Shown here: piece by piece, positions 61,763 to 64,000 of the stretch | Numbering within the stretch: position 1 is the stretch's first letter | How the letters are laid out: each line of letters opens with the position of its first letter | Source of the DNA: Albugo candida | Taxonomy: Eukaryota | NCBI GenBank assembly: GCA_040437565.1 | Contig: JBDOQK010000005.1 | Location: 496,001-560,000, forward strand | Direction: 5' to 3' | DNA length: 64,000 nucleotides | Program-made: the position numbers and the translations under genes | Notes under the pieces: model-generated | What the model saw: the letters and a program-made list of their open reading frames with translations, nothing else | The model's database searches: none | Told to the model about the DNA's origin: nothing

Positions 61763-64000
61763 TCAACGTACTTTGAACAAGATGATGCAAATGGTGAATA
61801 CAATAACAAGCACACAGCAAAGTTGAAGGATGCGCAATTGGCACTTTTCTTTGTAAATTCTTTCACATATACGAGGATCCTTGCTCGTTATTGTAATTTG
61901 ATGAAGGCGCTGCACTTTTGCACTTCGGGTATGCAGCAAGCGGTCCCATCCATTCTGAGGGAGTATTTGATATTCTCCATCCGAAGTGGACACCTGATAA
62001 CCTTTAGGGTACTGCAAATGGGGAATGTAAAGCTCCGTCGTTAGACCTGGACTTGACTCATCAAGACACTTCTGTGGATCATCGGGATCTCTAAACTCTA
62101 GATGATAACGACATGCTCGGCAATCAAAATGTGATTGCAGCGGTATACCGGCTATTTTAAAAGGCCCTGGTCGTACAAATGCTACACTAGCTCGTCCGGA
62201 ACAGGCCAGCAATGCGTCAAATTCATCCGGCATGTCCTTGGTCACAATTTTATCCACCAAGCCATTTTTTGCCTGCATCATTTTTGATCGAGCTGTATGG
62301 GAGTCGCCATTTGAATGAACGATACTCAAGTCTTCTAGATTCCAGCCGTCTCCATAGCTATGTGTATTGTAGCAGCAGTAACACCAAAGCGTATATGAAA
62401 GCATATTAGCTTCGAGGCAAGATATCGTATGATCCATCGCATCGATTTGAGCATAGTAGTCTTTTGTTCTAAAAGCCTCGCCATTATTCAAATTGTAAGG
62501 AATTCCAGTCTCTCCAATAAGTGTAGGAGCATTTTGCATACGCTTTTGTCCCAGAATTTTTATATCGAGCAGCTGGCGTATGTGCTGTCTAGTAACACTC
62601 GCACGTCCGAAAGCGGGTATCCTTGTCCTCGGATCGACAGAGAAATAAGGTGTCCAAGTCCGAGTGAAAAGTGTGAAGCCATCGTACCAATGCGTTGCAT
62701 TGACAGCAAATGGAAGTTGGTTCTGATCAATGCTCGGAAACGGAGTCTGGCTGAATTCTAATGGCGGTAACTCGACAAAAGCCAACGTGTCTGGAAGAAT
62801 TTGGCGAATGCTGTGCATAAATCTCTAGATACAGGCATCAAATTACGCATCATTAGGATAAGATGATTCGGTAGGAGAAATAGTACATTACTTGTGCAAA
62901 TGGAACATAGAAATCTTTGCCGAAGTCAACCCCAGCAAAGTACTGACGCCGTAACAATCGTGGCCCTTTTGTATCTGGACTAATTTCATACACTCCTTCA
63001 CGTTTCCAAATCGATTCTACTCCATTGCTCCACGCTCTTATACACGCTTCATTTACCAAATCAAACCGATCAGGTCGGTTGAATAAGAAATTTCGTATGC
63101 CCATCGAGTAGAAAGGTATTTTCTGCGAGAACCCATCGGCTAAACACATTCCTTGAAAAGGGCTTGGTGCATAGCCCAAATTTAACTGATGAGGAAGGAA
63201 ACACTTGCTCAGATCTTGAACTCCTATAAATCCAAAAGAGGGTTCATTCATAGTACCTATTCCTACAACATTTCGGACTCCTTCCAGTCGTTTCGCAAGT
63301 TGAACAAACGCATTTATGTAATGTGATTGTAGATACTCCTGAACGAGAATTTTATTTCCGCTTTCGTCTTCCACAAAACAGGATGGAGCAAATGTAGAGC
63401 CACCAAAAAATAGAGTAAACATCGTAGCTGATGCAAATTTAAAGTAGTTTGTCGGCCACATCATTTTTGGAAACTCATAAACGTGATCCCCATGCGTCTC
63501 GATGCAGACAGAAGCATGCGTTTCGGCGAAATGGCGGGGTTCCAATCCAACTTTTTCAAGTGTCCACATCGGTGCTCCATCTCCACCCGTCCAGCGAGAC
63601 CATACATCTTGATGAGGGTCAATGTAAAAGTACAAATCGTATGAAGCGCCTATGAGGATAATCGCTCGGATATAATCAAGGTATTCTTCGTCATATATGC
63701 CTGGCCCCGCATGTTCGATTGCTTCCCACGTTGTAATCAGTCTTATGCAATTAAACCCCCAACGACGCATGCGTCTGAAATGCTCATGCGCTTCCTGCAA
63801 AGGGAACGGACGATTCACAAAAGAGACGCTTTGACGATCATCAAAAAATCGCTTACGGGTGGCATCCCAGTCATTTTCTAATGATTTGTCATGCAGATGA
63901 CCATATGGAAGTTTAGAAGACCCACCGAGATTCACACCTCTCAGAATCTGGACACGACCGTATTCGTCGACAAAGTGCCCATCTTTGATTTGTAAGGCTA
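61763..64000 (-). CDS. GH5 endoglycoceramidase-related glycosidase (EGCrP-like) with C-terminal TM anchor; 5' end lies beyond the window
   Basis: RGVNLGGSSKLP, SFVNRPFPL, TWEAIEHAGPGIYDEEYLDY, DPHQDVWSRWTGGDGAP, acid/base MNEP, nucleophile IGETG, GDGWNLEDLS. Confidence 0.92.

Noticed and set aside
1-64000. Prokaryotic-type systems (CRISPR array, operon, defence island, prophage) suggested by bacterial-like hslU
   Set aside because: hslU has spliceosomal introns and a targeting-like leader, all neighbours are eukaryotic genes, and no regularly spaced repeats were seen.

Overview
This is eukaryotic, gene-dense nuclear DNA with short GT-AG introns (about 35-60 nt) and very short intergenic spacers. 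The gene content (GPCR-like/TKL kinase fusion, stramenopile-type Myb-like protein, mitochondrial-type HslU, TOS1-like glucanase, flagellar docking-complex-like coiled coil) points to an oomycete, plausibly Albugo-like; this is inference. About 25 protein-coding genes can be supported, including HslU, TRM61, a C2/EF-hand protein, POP1, a SIR2 sirtuin, PIG-F, INTS1, a HECT E3, a CENP-B-like HTH protein, DCAF11, ENT, FBPase, an RCC1-repeat protein, a telobox-Myb protein and a GH5 endoglycoceramidase-like enzyme. Twelve 100-N scaffold gaps are each flanked by a direct duplication, which are assembly overlaps rather than biological repeats. Two of them expose haplotypes about 2% divergent. I could not support any rRNA, tRNA, CRISPR array or intact transposon. 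The best novelty candidates are a secreted protein fusing a putative histidine-brace (LPMO-like) domain to a TOS1-type glucanase (19107-21342) and a TRF-like telobox-Myb gene missed by the ORF track (59634-61318). All family assignments come from motif recognition by eye, not database searches, and exon boundaries were inferred by hand.
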